Source: an uncultured Clostridium sp. (GTDB lineage Bacteria; Bacillota; Clostridia; TANB77; CAG-508). From it: DNA of 64,000 nucleotides. Under the pieces are notes generated by a model. That model had not been told where the DNA came from and made no database searches. It saw only the letters and a list, made by a program, of their open reading frames with translations. Positions 42,661 to 52,756 of this stretch are shown piece by piece. The stretch covers positions 3,668 to 67,667 of the forward strand of contig CAOJKP010000008.1 of NCBI GenBank assembly GCA_948438085.1. The letters are read 5' to 3'. Each line of letters starts with the position of its first letter. Positions within the stretch are counted from its first letter, which is position 1. A program made the translations under genes and the position numbers.

Positions 42661-43470
42661 CTATCTTTCAAATTCATTAAGAGATTTTATTTCATATCCC
42701 ATATTTTTTATTTCTTTTATACAATAGTCTAGAATTTGGGTATTGTCACTAGAATTTGGGTGTAACAAAATTACTGCTCCATTATGAATATTATCTAATA
42801 TTTTCTTTTTTGCATATTCAGTTCTCCCTTGTTTTTTCTCATCCCAATCATCATACGCTAAACTCCACATTACAGTTGTATATCCTAAATTTTGTGAATT
42901 TTTTAAAGTTCTTTTACTGTATTCTCCTTTAGGTGGTCTTAAATATTTCATTTCATATCCAAATTTCTCATGTACTGCAGTATGTAAATCCATTATTTCT
43001 TTTTTTAATTCATCATCTGTTAAAGTTGGCATACTTTTATGATTTACTGTATGATTTCCTACAATGTGTCCATCATCTATCATTTGCTTTACTAATTCCT
43101 CAGATGTGTTTAAATAATGTGCAGTTATAAAAAAAGTAGCCTTTACATTATTTTGTTTTAATGTTTCTAAAATTCTTTTTGTATGCCCTGCTTCATATCC
43201 TTCATCAAATGATAAATATACATATTTACTTTGATTATTTCCCATTGCAATTCCCTTTACTTCATCTATTAGTTGTTTATTTAGAGAACCTAAATCTGGT
43301 TGAAGATGATTATCGCATCTTTTTATTCCCCACTCTATTTTTTTATTATCTACTAAATCTTGATTACTTACTTGTAAGGTTGTTTCTTTTTTTGAATTAA
43401 CAACAACAAATGAAAATAAAAAAACGAATATACTTGCTAATATTATTCTAAAAATTTTTCTTTTTTTCAT
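42661..43470 (-). CDS. Polysaccharide deacetylase (PdaA-like)
   Basis: YLSFDEGYE, GNHTVNHKSM, LRPPKGEYS and AVILLH. Confidence 0.9.
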   Translation of the reverse strand: MKKRKIFRIILASIFVFLFSFVVVNSKKETTLQVSNQDLVDNKKIEWGIKRCDNHLQPDLGSLNKQLIDEVKGIAMGNNQSKYVYLSFDEGYEAGHTKRILETLKQNNVKATFFITAHYLNTSEELVKQMIDDGHIVGNHTVNHKSMPTLTDDELKKEIMDLHTAVHEKFGYEMKYLRPPKGEYSKRTLKNSQNLGYTTVMWSLAYDDWDEKKQGRTEYAKKKILDNIHNGAVILLHPNSSDNTQILDYCIKEIKNMGYEIKSLNEFER

Positions 43471-43693
43471 AAAACCTCCATTAAAAATTATATTATATTT
43501 CTTTTTTAATTTTATGAATTTACTTTTGTATTATTACGAATTTTATATAAATATAACAATTATTATAGTCTAACTATACATAAAATTATAAAACCCCAAT
43601 TGAATATTGCATTCAACCAGGGTTTTATAAAAAATCTTTTTATTTCTATTTTTGTAATAAGTTCAGCTTTCACTAATTAAAATCTTTATTTTA

Positions 43694-45467
43694 TTACAAT
43701 TCTATTATATTTAATTTACTTATGGAATCCTTTGTAATATTATTGCTTAATATTTTAAAATACTTATCTATATACAATTGTGGACGAATTGATTTAAAAA
43801 AGTTAGCATTTGTATATTGATTTTTCTTTAATTGTTTTTCAGATTCTACTGTTTTTTTCATTAATTCAAATGCTATATTATAATAGTTCTCAAATAAGTT
43901 ACTATTAACTCCTAATTTATCTTTAATCTCTCCTAAAATATAAACTATGAAATATGTAGCATATAACACAAATGAGTTTTCTTCATATTGATTATTATCT
44001 TTTATGATTTCTTTTTTTATTTGGTCTTTTCTAGTTTCAACTTTACTATAAATTTCAAATGCTTTAAGAAGTTCTTCTGCAGTTATATTTTCATTAAAAA
44101 TAATTTCGAATTTATCTCCAAATACTCTTGTTTTATTGTTTTTTGCTTCATTAGGGCATTTATAGTAAAACGCTAACATTGCTTGTCCAGCTTTTTCTGA
44201 ATCAATTCTCTTTTCTTTTGCTTCATTTTCGTATTGATTAGTCTTTCTTTCATAGAAATATCCCATATCTTTTAGTTCCATTTCTAATTTCTGTTGTACA
44301 AAATCTATGGATCTAATATCTCTTGATGTAACTGGATTTTGACTGTTAGTATATTCTGCGATACGTGAGCTATATTGTGCATCTTTTAGTTCATATATTC
44401 TACATAGTATTTCTATACTTTTCAAGCATTCTATATTCTTTTGTGCAACCTCAAATAATGCATGCAATGTTTGAGAACCGTTTACAATCTGCATATTTTC
44501 AATAGTTATTGTTGGTTGAGATATTTTAGGAAAAGAAAAACTCGTACAAGTAACAGTAATTCCATTGTTATAATAAAAGAACTTACTATTTTCTTCCTTA
44601 GATTTCTGCTGTAGCAATAATTCCTTTATTTATTCTTGTTTTGTTTTTCTTATATAATCTAACGTTATCATAAAAAATATCTTCTATTATTGCTTTTTCT
44701 TTTATAATTTCATAGTCTTCAAAATTCACATTGTTTCTTATTTCTTCATCATCTATAATTATTCTAATCAACTCATCAGCACGAACATTTACAATTAAAG
44801 CTCGAATATCTCCATCAGATTTTTCAAATAATTCCTTTTCTGCTACCTTAAATCTAGCATTGATGTTTGTGGGTCTATCATAATTATTTATTTTTACATA
44901 GTAATCGATATTGTGTTGTAAAATATTGATATCTGAATACTTTGATAAACTTTTTTGCATTCTATCAAATTCATTTTTATCCATTGTCTTTTCTAGATTT
45001 GAACATATATGAATATAAAACTCTGGATAATGATTTTCAAATAAATCCCATATTTCCTTTGTTTTCTCTTTTAATATAGAATTAGCATTTTCTATCCATG
45101 CTTCATTTCTGTTCATTAAGTTATCAACATATGTAACAATTTTTTCAATTTCACTTGAAGGAAACGATTTCTGAGCCTGTTCAAATGTCGTCGCACATTT
45201 GCAATTAAACAAATGAACCTTTACTCTTCCACTTTCATTACTATTTTCAATATAAATTGCATCAATTCCTCTATCGTGCCCTCCTGTTGAGCTATTTTTT
45301 ACTAAAAATAAATTGTCTGTTATACAATCTATTATCTCTGTATCTTGCAAATTAGCTTCTGACCCTATAGCCATTATATAAAAAGCATCTGTGAGTTCTT
45401 GTAAATTTAAATCTTTCTTTATTTTGTTCAATCTTGTTTTTATTACTGAAAAATCTTGTATATTCAT
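43694..45467 (-). pseudogene. AIPR-family (abortive infection/RM-associated) protein split by a single extra base near 44603-44605
   Basis: DRGIDAIYI, FYDNVRLY, FFYYNNGIT, QIVNGSQT and YTNSQN..V..RD motifs. The two ORFs are +1 apart, with no CGG at the junction (GCA GAA A TCT AAG). Confidence 0.7.
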
Positions 45468-45560
45468 TTTATTCTCCTCATATTACTTTATTTATTGTAA
45501 AATTTGATTTGTATTTATTTTGCCATTATCTGCTATTTTTATTTTAAACCTATTACCAAT

Positions 45561-46106
45561 TCATTGCATTTGCATATATGTGCTAGAAAAATCTTCTCTT
45601 AAATTATTTTTTATTTGCAATGGTAGTTTCCTTGCAATTGACATCATTAAAAAACATGCATATTCAGCTACTGAATCTGTCGAATATTTAGGCATTTGTT
45701 ACAATAATATTTCTCTTATCGCAAAAATCTAAGTCTATATAGCTATAAGAAGTTGACATTAAGCAAATTCCTTTTAAATTTGTTTTTTTCTATTAAATCA
45801 TTTGGCAATCTCCAATCAGTCAAATCTAGATCTATTGCTATTATTTTATTTTCCTTAGATTGAACATATTTTGAATTATACATATCATGTTTTTCTTCTA
45901 TGAAATCAATTGTTCCTAATTTTTCTAATCTTTTAATACATTTGCTAATACTGATATTTTGTTATCTAGTTTTATCATTATGCCAAAATATCTTCCTTGT
46001 TTATGCATTTCACTCGGATTTTGATGTTCGTAAATGTGTTTGCTATATCTGTTGATAAAATTCCATGACATATGATATCTGCTTTTACTTTAATTAAATC
46101 TATCAT
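45561..46106 (-). pseudogene. Decayed remnant including a D-2-hydroxyacid dehydrogenase fragment
   Basis: Manual translation with several frameshifts: ..NLKGICLMSTSYSYIDLDFCDKRNIIVTN/PKYSTDSVAEYACFLMMSIARKL. The 5' part (MIDLIKVKADIICHG..) is of unclear origin. Confidence 0.65.
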
Positions 46107-46378
46107 AATTTTTTCCTTAATTATAAATTATAATATTACTATATCATATATATTTCCATTTTACTATACATTAAATTCAAAAAGCATAATTTGAAACAAT
46201 TCAAACTTCTTCATTTTATACTTATAACATGAAATAACAAATCATATACAGACATTAAATTATACACAAAGTGATTAATAATTTTTCTGTGGAATGTATT
46301 TATATAATAGGAAAGTATTACTTTCCTATTATATAAAAAATAACTAAAGATATATTTCTCTTTAGTTATTTTATCGTA

Positions 46379-49300
46379 CTATTTTACTTCTTTTAATTTA
46401 TTATATTTAAAGTAACATATTCCACCAATTATCATTACAATAAAAACAAAAGAAATAACTGTTTTCACACCAGTTTGTGGTATTTTTCCATCAACCATAG
46501 TTGTATCTTTATCATTACTACTATTATCTGTATTATTAGAATTATTTCCAGAGTTTATATTTTCCTTTTTGATATTGTTAATATACGTTTCTACTTCTAC
46601 ATCTGATTTTAATGAAATAGCATTAGATACAGCAACACTTTGGTCTCCACCCTTTATTGCTACTTCTTTTATATATAGGTATAAAACGTTTTCCTTTGAT
46701 ATATCTTCATAATTTGATATATCTTTTGAATTTATTGTAAATTTTAATTTGTCATTAGATTCATATTCTTCTTTAATTTTTACCCACTGTGTTATATTTT
46801 TTTCATCTTTTACTGTAGATAAATAATAATAATATTCCACTTTATCATTGCTTAAATTTCTTTGTATATTATTTACTTCTATTTCTATCAATGTATAATC
46901 TTTTTGTGAATTATTTGTAAAATAATATGCTTTTATTTGTTTTATATCACTTTCTACATTTGATAAATTTGAGTTTTGAGCCTTTTCTTCTTCAATAATT
47001 TCAACTTCTAAATTTACTGATTTTGATTCATATGTTAATGTAATAGTATTTATTCCTATATTTTTATTATTAAAGCCATCGATGATTACTTGTTCTGAAT
47101 TCATTTCAATATTTTCTGTTGTTCCATCATTATATGTAATAGTTATTACTCCACCACTTAAATTCAAATTTTCTTTGTTTTGAATATATGTTAATTTATT
47201 TGGTTTTTTATTAATAGATATTCCTGTAATATTTTTTTCAACTACATTTACGTTTTGTAAAATTGTTTTGCCTAAATAATTTATTGTAACTGATTTTTGT
47301 TCTTTTGTTAAGTTATTGCCATTTTCTATTGTATAATCAAAAATTTCAACAGTTGAATTATCTTGATACACACCAATAATTACCATACCTGTTTTATCAA
47401 AATTTTGTCCTTCTACATAGTTTGTTTTATTAGGTGATTTATTTATTTTTATTTCTACTAATGGATTTGGAATAACTGTTATTTTTTGTTCAACTTTTTT
47501 TCCTTCATAAGAAATATCAACTTTTGTTTGATCAACTTTTAAATTATTTCCATTTTCTATTGTATAGTTAGTTACTGTTTCTTTTTTTCCATTTTTTCTA
47601 GTTGCTTCAATAATCATACCTGTTTTATTAAAATTTTGACCTTCTTTATATTCTGTTGTTATAGGTGGTGTTGTTATTTTTAAATCTGTTACAACATTTT
47701 TTTCTACTATTATAGTTTGATTAACACTCTTTCCTTCATATGTTATAGTTACACTTGTTTGCCCAACTTGTAAATTTGTTCCATTTGTAATATTATAACT
47801 TGAACTATCTAATACAACAGCTGGCTTTGTTTTGCTATTATAATATGCTGTTACAACAATACCTTCTTTATCAAAATTTTCACCTTCAAAATATGATGTT
47901 TTAGTAGGTAGTGTTGTTATTTTAATTTCTTTTAAGGATTCATCTTGTAAAGTACTTGTTGTAAATGCCTTTATAGTACTATCGCCATCAACTAATGAAG
48001 AATTCACTTGAGATATTTTTCCTAAATCTTGCCAAGAACAATTATCTAAATTATGTCCTCTTGCAATAAAACACTTTCCATTTTCTACTTTTACTACATC
48101 AAATGCTTCAGCATCTTTAATTTTTGATTCTAGTAATATATCTGTACTACTATTATCTGAACTAGTAATTTCAATAACAACTGCGAATTTATTTCCTGTT
48201 AATGCTATAGGCTTTGCAAATTCTAGAGTGTGATAACCAACATTAATTGTCTCCGATTCTCCCGCTTTAAGTTCAACTAATTTTAAATCTGATTTTGAAA
48301 AACTCGAACCATTTGGATTTACATATACTCTACATCTATATGTTTCAGCAGCATTAAGTGAAACTTGTGTTAGGTATTCTGTTGAATTACCTTTTTCGAA
48401 AATATTTCCTAACATAATTTCTTTTGAATTGTAGTAAATTCCATTTCCTGGGTAATAGTTATTATATTGGTATATATTATCATAACTAACAAAATCAGTA
48501 GCTTTGACAATTCCATACATATTAGTTGCAATATTACAATCATTATAAGATACATACATTAATCCATTGTCACCAACTAAAACATAAGCAATATCACCTT
48601 CAATATTATATCCAGCTTCTTCTACAAATTCATTTGGTATTAATGAAGCTTGTGTCCAACCTTTTGAATTACATTCTCTTGTATAAGTATCATATATTTG
48701 CTGTTTTAATTCTAATAAATTAAATTCTTGTCTTTCTCCCCAAGAATTTCTAATAATCCATGCACCATTAGAATCTGGTTTAGCATCACTTGCGAAATTA
48801 TCTTTACTATAGTTATCATCCCAACCAATAATAGAAATTGCATGATCAGGACCATGTAATATTGAACTACTGCAATATTTAGCACCAGTAGTATTATTAT
48901 AACAAGTAAATAATGAAGAGTTAGATGAATTACCATGAATTTGAGCAAATACTGAGCCATAATTTTTTATATGTTGCTTAATTTGATTCATTATTTCTAT
49001 TTTATCTTCATTACTTGCTCGTCTATAATTTTCAAAATATACTGTATCATAAACTTGACTTGATACTGTTTTATTTTGTATTGAACTTATATTTATAATA
49101 TCTTCGTTATTTTCAAATGGCATTTTGCTTTCTTCTATAGGTCCTGTACCATTTATAAAATAAGGTTCTGCTGTCCACCAATTTCCACCGCTACCTACAT
49201 TTCTATTATACCCTATAGGATTTTTTATATTATTAGCAAATGTTTTACTTGTAGCATATTCCATGTGTCTTTCTGAAAAATCATATACTTTTGCTGTATT

Positions 49301-49699
49301 TGTATTATTTCTATAATTAGATAATGCAAGATTAGTTTCTAATGAAGATAATGCTGCAAAAGCCCAACATGAATTTGTTTGTTGTTGATTTTTAATTATT
49401 AAATTATTAGGAATAGTATCTTTTAAACTATATCTTGAATTTAAACTAGCCCCTAACATTCTAGTCAAAAATAATGGATTTTTATATTCAGTTTTAGAAG
49501 TTTTAAAATTATACATCCTAGGCATTATAACATTTTGCTTTTCTTCTTTTGGAAGTTCAAGCCATTGTTTAAACTCCTCTGTATATTCCATTTGTGATAA
49601 TGAATTTGCTACATCACTAGCAAATACTTCTTGTGACCCTAAAAAAATTAGTATGAAAAACAATATAATTACTATTGCATTTTTAATGATTTTTTTCAT
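46379..49699 (-). CDS. Surface-anchored C1A papain-like cysteine protease with lectin-like region, Ig-like repeats and LPXTG-type anchor
   Basis: Signal peptide; NQQQTNSCWAF, DHAISIIGW, RNSWG; four repeated ITT.P.KT.Y.EG(E/Q)NF.K.G modules; IPQTG plus TM and basic tail. Confidence 0.9.
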   Translation of the reverse strand: MKKIIKNAIVIILFFILIFLGSQEVFASDVANSLSQMEYTEEFKQWLELPKEEKQNVIMPRMYNFKTSKTEYKNPLFLTRMLGASLNSRYSLKDTIPNNLIIKNQQQTNSCWAFAALSSLETNLALSNYRNNTNTAKVYDFSERHMEYATSKTFANNIKNPIGYNRNVGSGGNWWTAEPYFINGTGPIEESKMPFENNEDIINISSIQNKTVSSQVYDTVYFENYRRASNEDKIEIMNQIKQHIKNYGSVFAQIHGNSSNSSLFTCYNNTTGAKYCSSSILHGPDHAISIIGWDDNYSKDNFASDAKPDSNGAWIIRNSWGERQEFNLLELKQQIYDTYTRECNSKGWTQASLIPNEFVEEAGYNIEGDIAYVLVGDNGLMYVSYNDCNIATNMYGIVKATDFVSYDNIYQYNNYYPGNGIYYNSKEIMLGNIFEKGNSTEYLTQVSLNAAETYRCRVYVNPNGSSFSKSDLKLVELKAGESETINVGYHTLEFAKPIALTGNKFAVVIEITSSDNSSTDILLESKIKDAEAFDVVKVENGKCFIARGHNLDNCSWQDLGKISQVNSSLVDGDSTIKAFTTSTLQDESLKEIKITTLPTKTSYFEGENFDKEGIVVTAYYNSKTKPAVVLDSSSYNITNGTNLQVGQTSVTITYEGKSVNQTIIVEKNVVTDLKITTPPITTEYKEGQNFNKTGMIIEATRKNGKKETVTNYTIENGNNLKVDQTKVDISYEGKKVEQKITVIPNPLVEIKINKSPNKTNYVEGQNFDKTGMVIIGVYQDNSTVEIFDYTIENGNNLTKEQKSVTINYLGKTILQNVNVVEKNITGISINKKPNKLTYIQNKENLNLSGGVITITYNDGTTENIEMNSEQVIIDGFNNKNIGINTITLTYESKSVNLEVEIIEEEKAQNSNLSNVESDIKQIKAYYFTNNSQKDYTLIEIEVNNIQRNLSNDKVEYYYYLSTVKDEKNITQWVKIKEEYESNDKLKFTINSKDISNYEDISKENVLYLYIKEVAIKGGDQSVAVSNAISLKSDVEVETYINNIKKENINSGNNSNNTDNSSNDKDTTMVDGKIPQTGVKTVISFVFIVMIIGGICYFKYNKLKEVK

Positions 49700-49925
49700 T
49701 GTTACTTTTTCTCCTTTGTAGTTTTTTTGTATTTTTCTGTCTAAAATTGTGCTTTTGTTTCATTATATCGTTTTATATATAAAAAGTAAATATCTAATAA
49801 CTAAAATTTTAAGTAATCTATTTTTTAATATTTTTTCCATTTTCTTCCATTTTTTATTGTGTTTTTATTTATTATATTATATATATAAAAATACTGTCGA
49901 AATTTAGAATATAGGAGGCTCACTT

Positions 49926-50822
49926 ATGCAAAATTGTACTAGTATAGTTACATATTCATCTAAGAAAAACTCTATTATAAACTTTTTAACTTCAAAAAGT
50001 ATGTTATTAATAAGCACCAATATTATATTTTTATTTATTACTTTTATTTTTAAATTACTTTTTTATAATACAACATTACCCTTTATAATTTTAGAAATTA
50101 CTACTATATTATTATATTTTATAATAACATTTTATTGTATTTTTAATATTTCCAGACTTCACATCTCTTCTCAGCTTATAGAAAAGCTCAATTTAAAATA
50201 TAAAGCTCTTCAGGATTCACATGATGCTGTTAGAGGATTTAAACATGATTTTAATAATATTATTCAATCTCTTGGTGGATATATTAATTGTAATGATATA
50301 GATGGACTAAAATTATATTATAATCAACTACTAATAGACTGCCAAATTATTAACAACGTAGATATTTTATCTGGTGAAATAATTGATAACCCTGCAATTT
50401 ATAAGTTAATTTGTTCTAAATATTTTAAAGCTTGTTCTTTAGGAATAAAAGTAGATTTAAATATCTTCATGTCTTTTAAAAATATTGATGTAAAAATATA
50501 TGAATTAACCAGAATCTTAGGTATACTGCTTGATAATGCTATTGAAGCAGCAATTGATTCTAATTTAAAGATTATAAAAATTGAATTTAAAAAGGATGTT
50601 CCCAATAATAGATTTTTGCTTATTGTAAAGAATAGTTATTCAAAAAAGGATATAGATATTGATAGCATTTTTGAAAAGGGCGTTAGTTCTAAACCTAATA
50701 ATAGTGGTTTAGGTTTATGGGAAGTAAAGAAAATTTTAAATAAAGTTCAAAATCTAAATTTGTATACATATAAGGATTCTACGTATTTTACACAACAAAT
50801 TGAATTGTATAATAAAAAATAA
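49926..50822 (+). CDS. GHKL (AgrC-like) sensor histidine kinase
   Basis: Two TM segments, FKHDFNN H-box, ILLDNAIEA N-box, FEKGVSSK and GLGL. Confidence 0.85.
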   Translation: MQNCTSIVTYSSKKNSIINFLTSKSMLLISTNIIFLFITFIFKLLFYNTTLPFIILEITTILLYFIITFYCIFNISRLHISSQLIEKLNLKYKALQDSHDAVRGFKHDFNNIIQSLGGYINCNDIDGLKLYYNQLLIDCQIINNVDILSGEIIDNPAIYKLICSKYFKACSLGIKVDLNIFMSFKNIDVKIYELTRILGILLDNAIEAAIDSNLKIIKIEFKKDVPNNRFLLIVKNSYSKKDIDIDSIFEKGVSSKPNNSGLGLWEVKKILNKVQNLNLYTYKDSTYFTQQIELYNKK

Positions 50823-50877
50823 AGAAAAACTAAATAGAGTGTTCAAAATAATGATATACTCTATTTAGTTTCTTTAT

Positions 50878-51555
50878 TTATTCCTCTAATATTTTCCAAC
50901 TTCCAATTTTTTCTGGTAGACTTGTAAATGTAAGTTCTTCGTTTGTTATTGGATGATTTAATGTTAAACTATATGCCCATAATGCAATTTGTTTTCCTCT
51001 TCCTCTTGTTCCATATTTTTGGTCTCCACTTATACTATGATTTCTACTTGCTAATTGTACTCGTATTTGATGATGCCTACCTGTAAATAAATTTATTTCT
51101 AATACAGACAAATTTATTTCTGGATTATATTTTAGAACTTTATATTCTAGCTTTGCAAGTTTTGCATTTTTTTTATTATTGTTTACAACTCTACTTAAAT
51201 TATTTTTTTCATTTTTCAATAGATAATCTTCTAATATTGCACTTTCTTGTTCCATTTTTCCATCTACAATCGCTAAATACTTCTTTTTAAATATTTTGCT
51301 TCTTACTTGCTCACTTAGTCTTGATGCTGCTTTAGAAGTTTTAGCAAATACCATAACTCCACCAACTGGTCTATCTAACCTATGTACTAGTCCAACATAA
51401 ACATTTCCTGGTTTGTTATATTTTTCTTTTAAATAGTCTTTTACTATTGTTAACATATCTAAATCGTTTGTTTTATCTGCTTGAGAAGGTATATTAACAA
51501 TCTTTTCTACTACTATAATGTGATTATCTTCATATAATACTTTTAATTGTTGCAT
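50878..51555 (-). CDS. RluA-family pseudouridine synthase
   Basis: HRLDRPVGG, TGRHHQIRVQ and GDQKYG; probable start MQQLKV at 51555. Confidence 0.93.
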   Translation of the reverse strand: MQQLKVLYEDNHIIVVEKIVNIPSQADKTNDLDMLTIVKDYLKEKYNKPGNVYVGLVHRLDRPVGGVMVFAKTSKAASRLSEQVRSKIFKKKYLAIVDGKMEQESAILEDYLLKNEKNNLSRVVNNNKKNAKLAKLEYKVLKYNPEINLSVLEINLFTGRHHQIRVQLASRNHSISGDQKYGTRGRGKQIALWAYSLTLNHPITNEELTFTSLPEKIGSWKILEE

Positions 51556-51556
51556 T

Positions 51557-52414
51557 TTATTTCTCCCATCTACCATATATACCACAAGGAAGAATTAAGT
51601 TTGATTCCTTCATTGGTAGTCCAATTTCTCCTGATGAAAATTTACCATTATCTTTTATGTTTAATTTTAATATATTTTCTAATACTTTCGAAGATATTCC
51701 TGTTGTATATGAGTTTATTAAGAAAAATAATGGATTATCTGATAATACATTTGTACACAATTGTACTAAGTCATATATTTTTTCCTCAAATTGCCAGACT
51801 TCTCCATTTGTTCCTCTTCCATAAGATGGTGGATCCATAATTATTGCATCATATTTGTTGTTCCTTCTTATTTCTCTATTAACAAATTTTATTACATCAT
51901 CTACAATATATCTAACTGGTTTATTTTCCAACCCAGAAGATGCAACATTTTCCTTTGCCCATGCTACCATTCCTTTAGAGCTATCTACATGACACACACT
52001 TGCTCCAGAAAAAAGACATGCTACAGTTGCCCCTCCTGTATATGCAAATAAGTTTAATACTTTAATTTTTCTATTTTCATTTTGAATTTTTTCTATCATC
52101 CAATCCCAATTTACAGCCTGTTCTGGGAATAACCCTGTATGTTTAAAACCCATTGGTTTTATATTAAATGTTAAATTTTTATATTTTACTTGCCAACTCT
52201 CAGGCAATTTTTTTGTATATTCCCAACTTCCGCCTCCTGTTTTACTTCTATTATATTTTGCATCAATTTTGTTCCATTTTTGCGGAAATGATTTATTTTT
52301 CCATATTATTTGTGGGTCTGGTCTAACTAACGTTATATTTTTCCATTTTTCTAATTTTTCTCCATTTGCCATATCTAATATTTCATAATCTTGCCAATTA
52401 TTTGCTACATTCAT
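51557..52414 (-). CDS. Class I SAM-dependent (RlmI/YwbD-like) methyltransferase
   Basis: KHTGLFPEQ, LNLFAYTG, HVDSSK and IMDPPSYG. Confidence 0.9.
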   Translation of the reverse strand: MNVANNWQDYEILDMANGEKLEKWKNITLVRPDPQIIWKNKSFPQKWNKIDAKYNRSKTGGGSWEYTKKLPESWQVKYKNLTFNIKPMGFKHTGLFPEQAVNWDWMIEKIQNENRKIKVLNLFAYTGGATVACLFSGASVCHVDSSKGMVAWAKENVASSGLENKPVRYIVDDVIKFVNREIRRNNKYDAIIMDPPSYGRGTNGEVWQFEEKIYDLVQLCTNVLSDNPLFFLINSYTTGISSKVLENILKLNIKDNGKFSSGEIGLPMKESNLILPCGIYGRWEK

Positions 52415-52429
52415 TTAAACACATTCTTT

Positions 52430-52630
52430 CTATATTATTTTTAACAATTCCGTAAATTTGTAAATTAAAACAAAATTAACACTACTAAATATTGCTCCAA
52501 GTATTATTAATAGTGTTAAAAATTTGTTGTTAATAATTTTTTTGAAAAACTTATTTGTTCTTTTTAATTTTAGCTTGTCCGCTTCTTCATTGTACCTTAC
52601 CACAAAAATTTCGTCTTTTGAATATTCCAT
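52430..52630 (-). CDS. Small hypothetical membrane protein
   Basis: 66-aa ORF with SD and a C-terminal TM, in operon context. Confidence 0.6.
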   Translation of the reverse strand: MEYSKDEIFVVRYNEEADKLKLKRTNKFFKKIINNKFLTLLIILGAIFSSVNFVLIYKFTELLKII

Positions 52631-52756
52631 AATAAAATCCCCCTTGAATATAATTATTCATTATTATATATATTCAAGTAAAATTATATTATTACTATTT
52701 TGATTATATTTTAGCATATTTTCATGCCTTTTTTCAACTTATTTTGATAGTATTAT

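Noticed and set aside
44598-44617. AIPR frameshift as another CGG recoding site
   Set aside because: There is no CGG at the junction; it is best explained by one extra A in GAAATCT.
46980-47950. Repeated DNA segments in the protease gene as a repeat array or recombination cassette
   Set aside because: They are diverged, in-frame Ig-like domain repeats.
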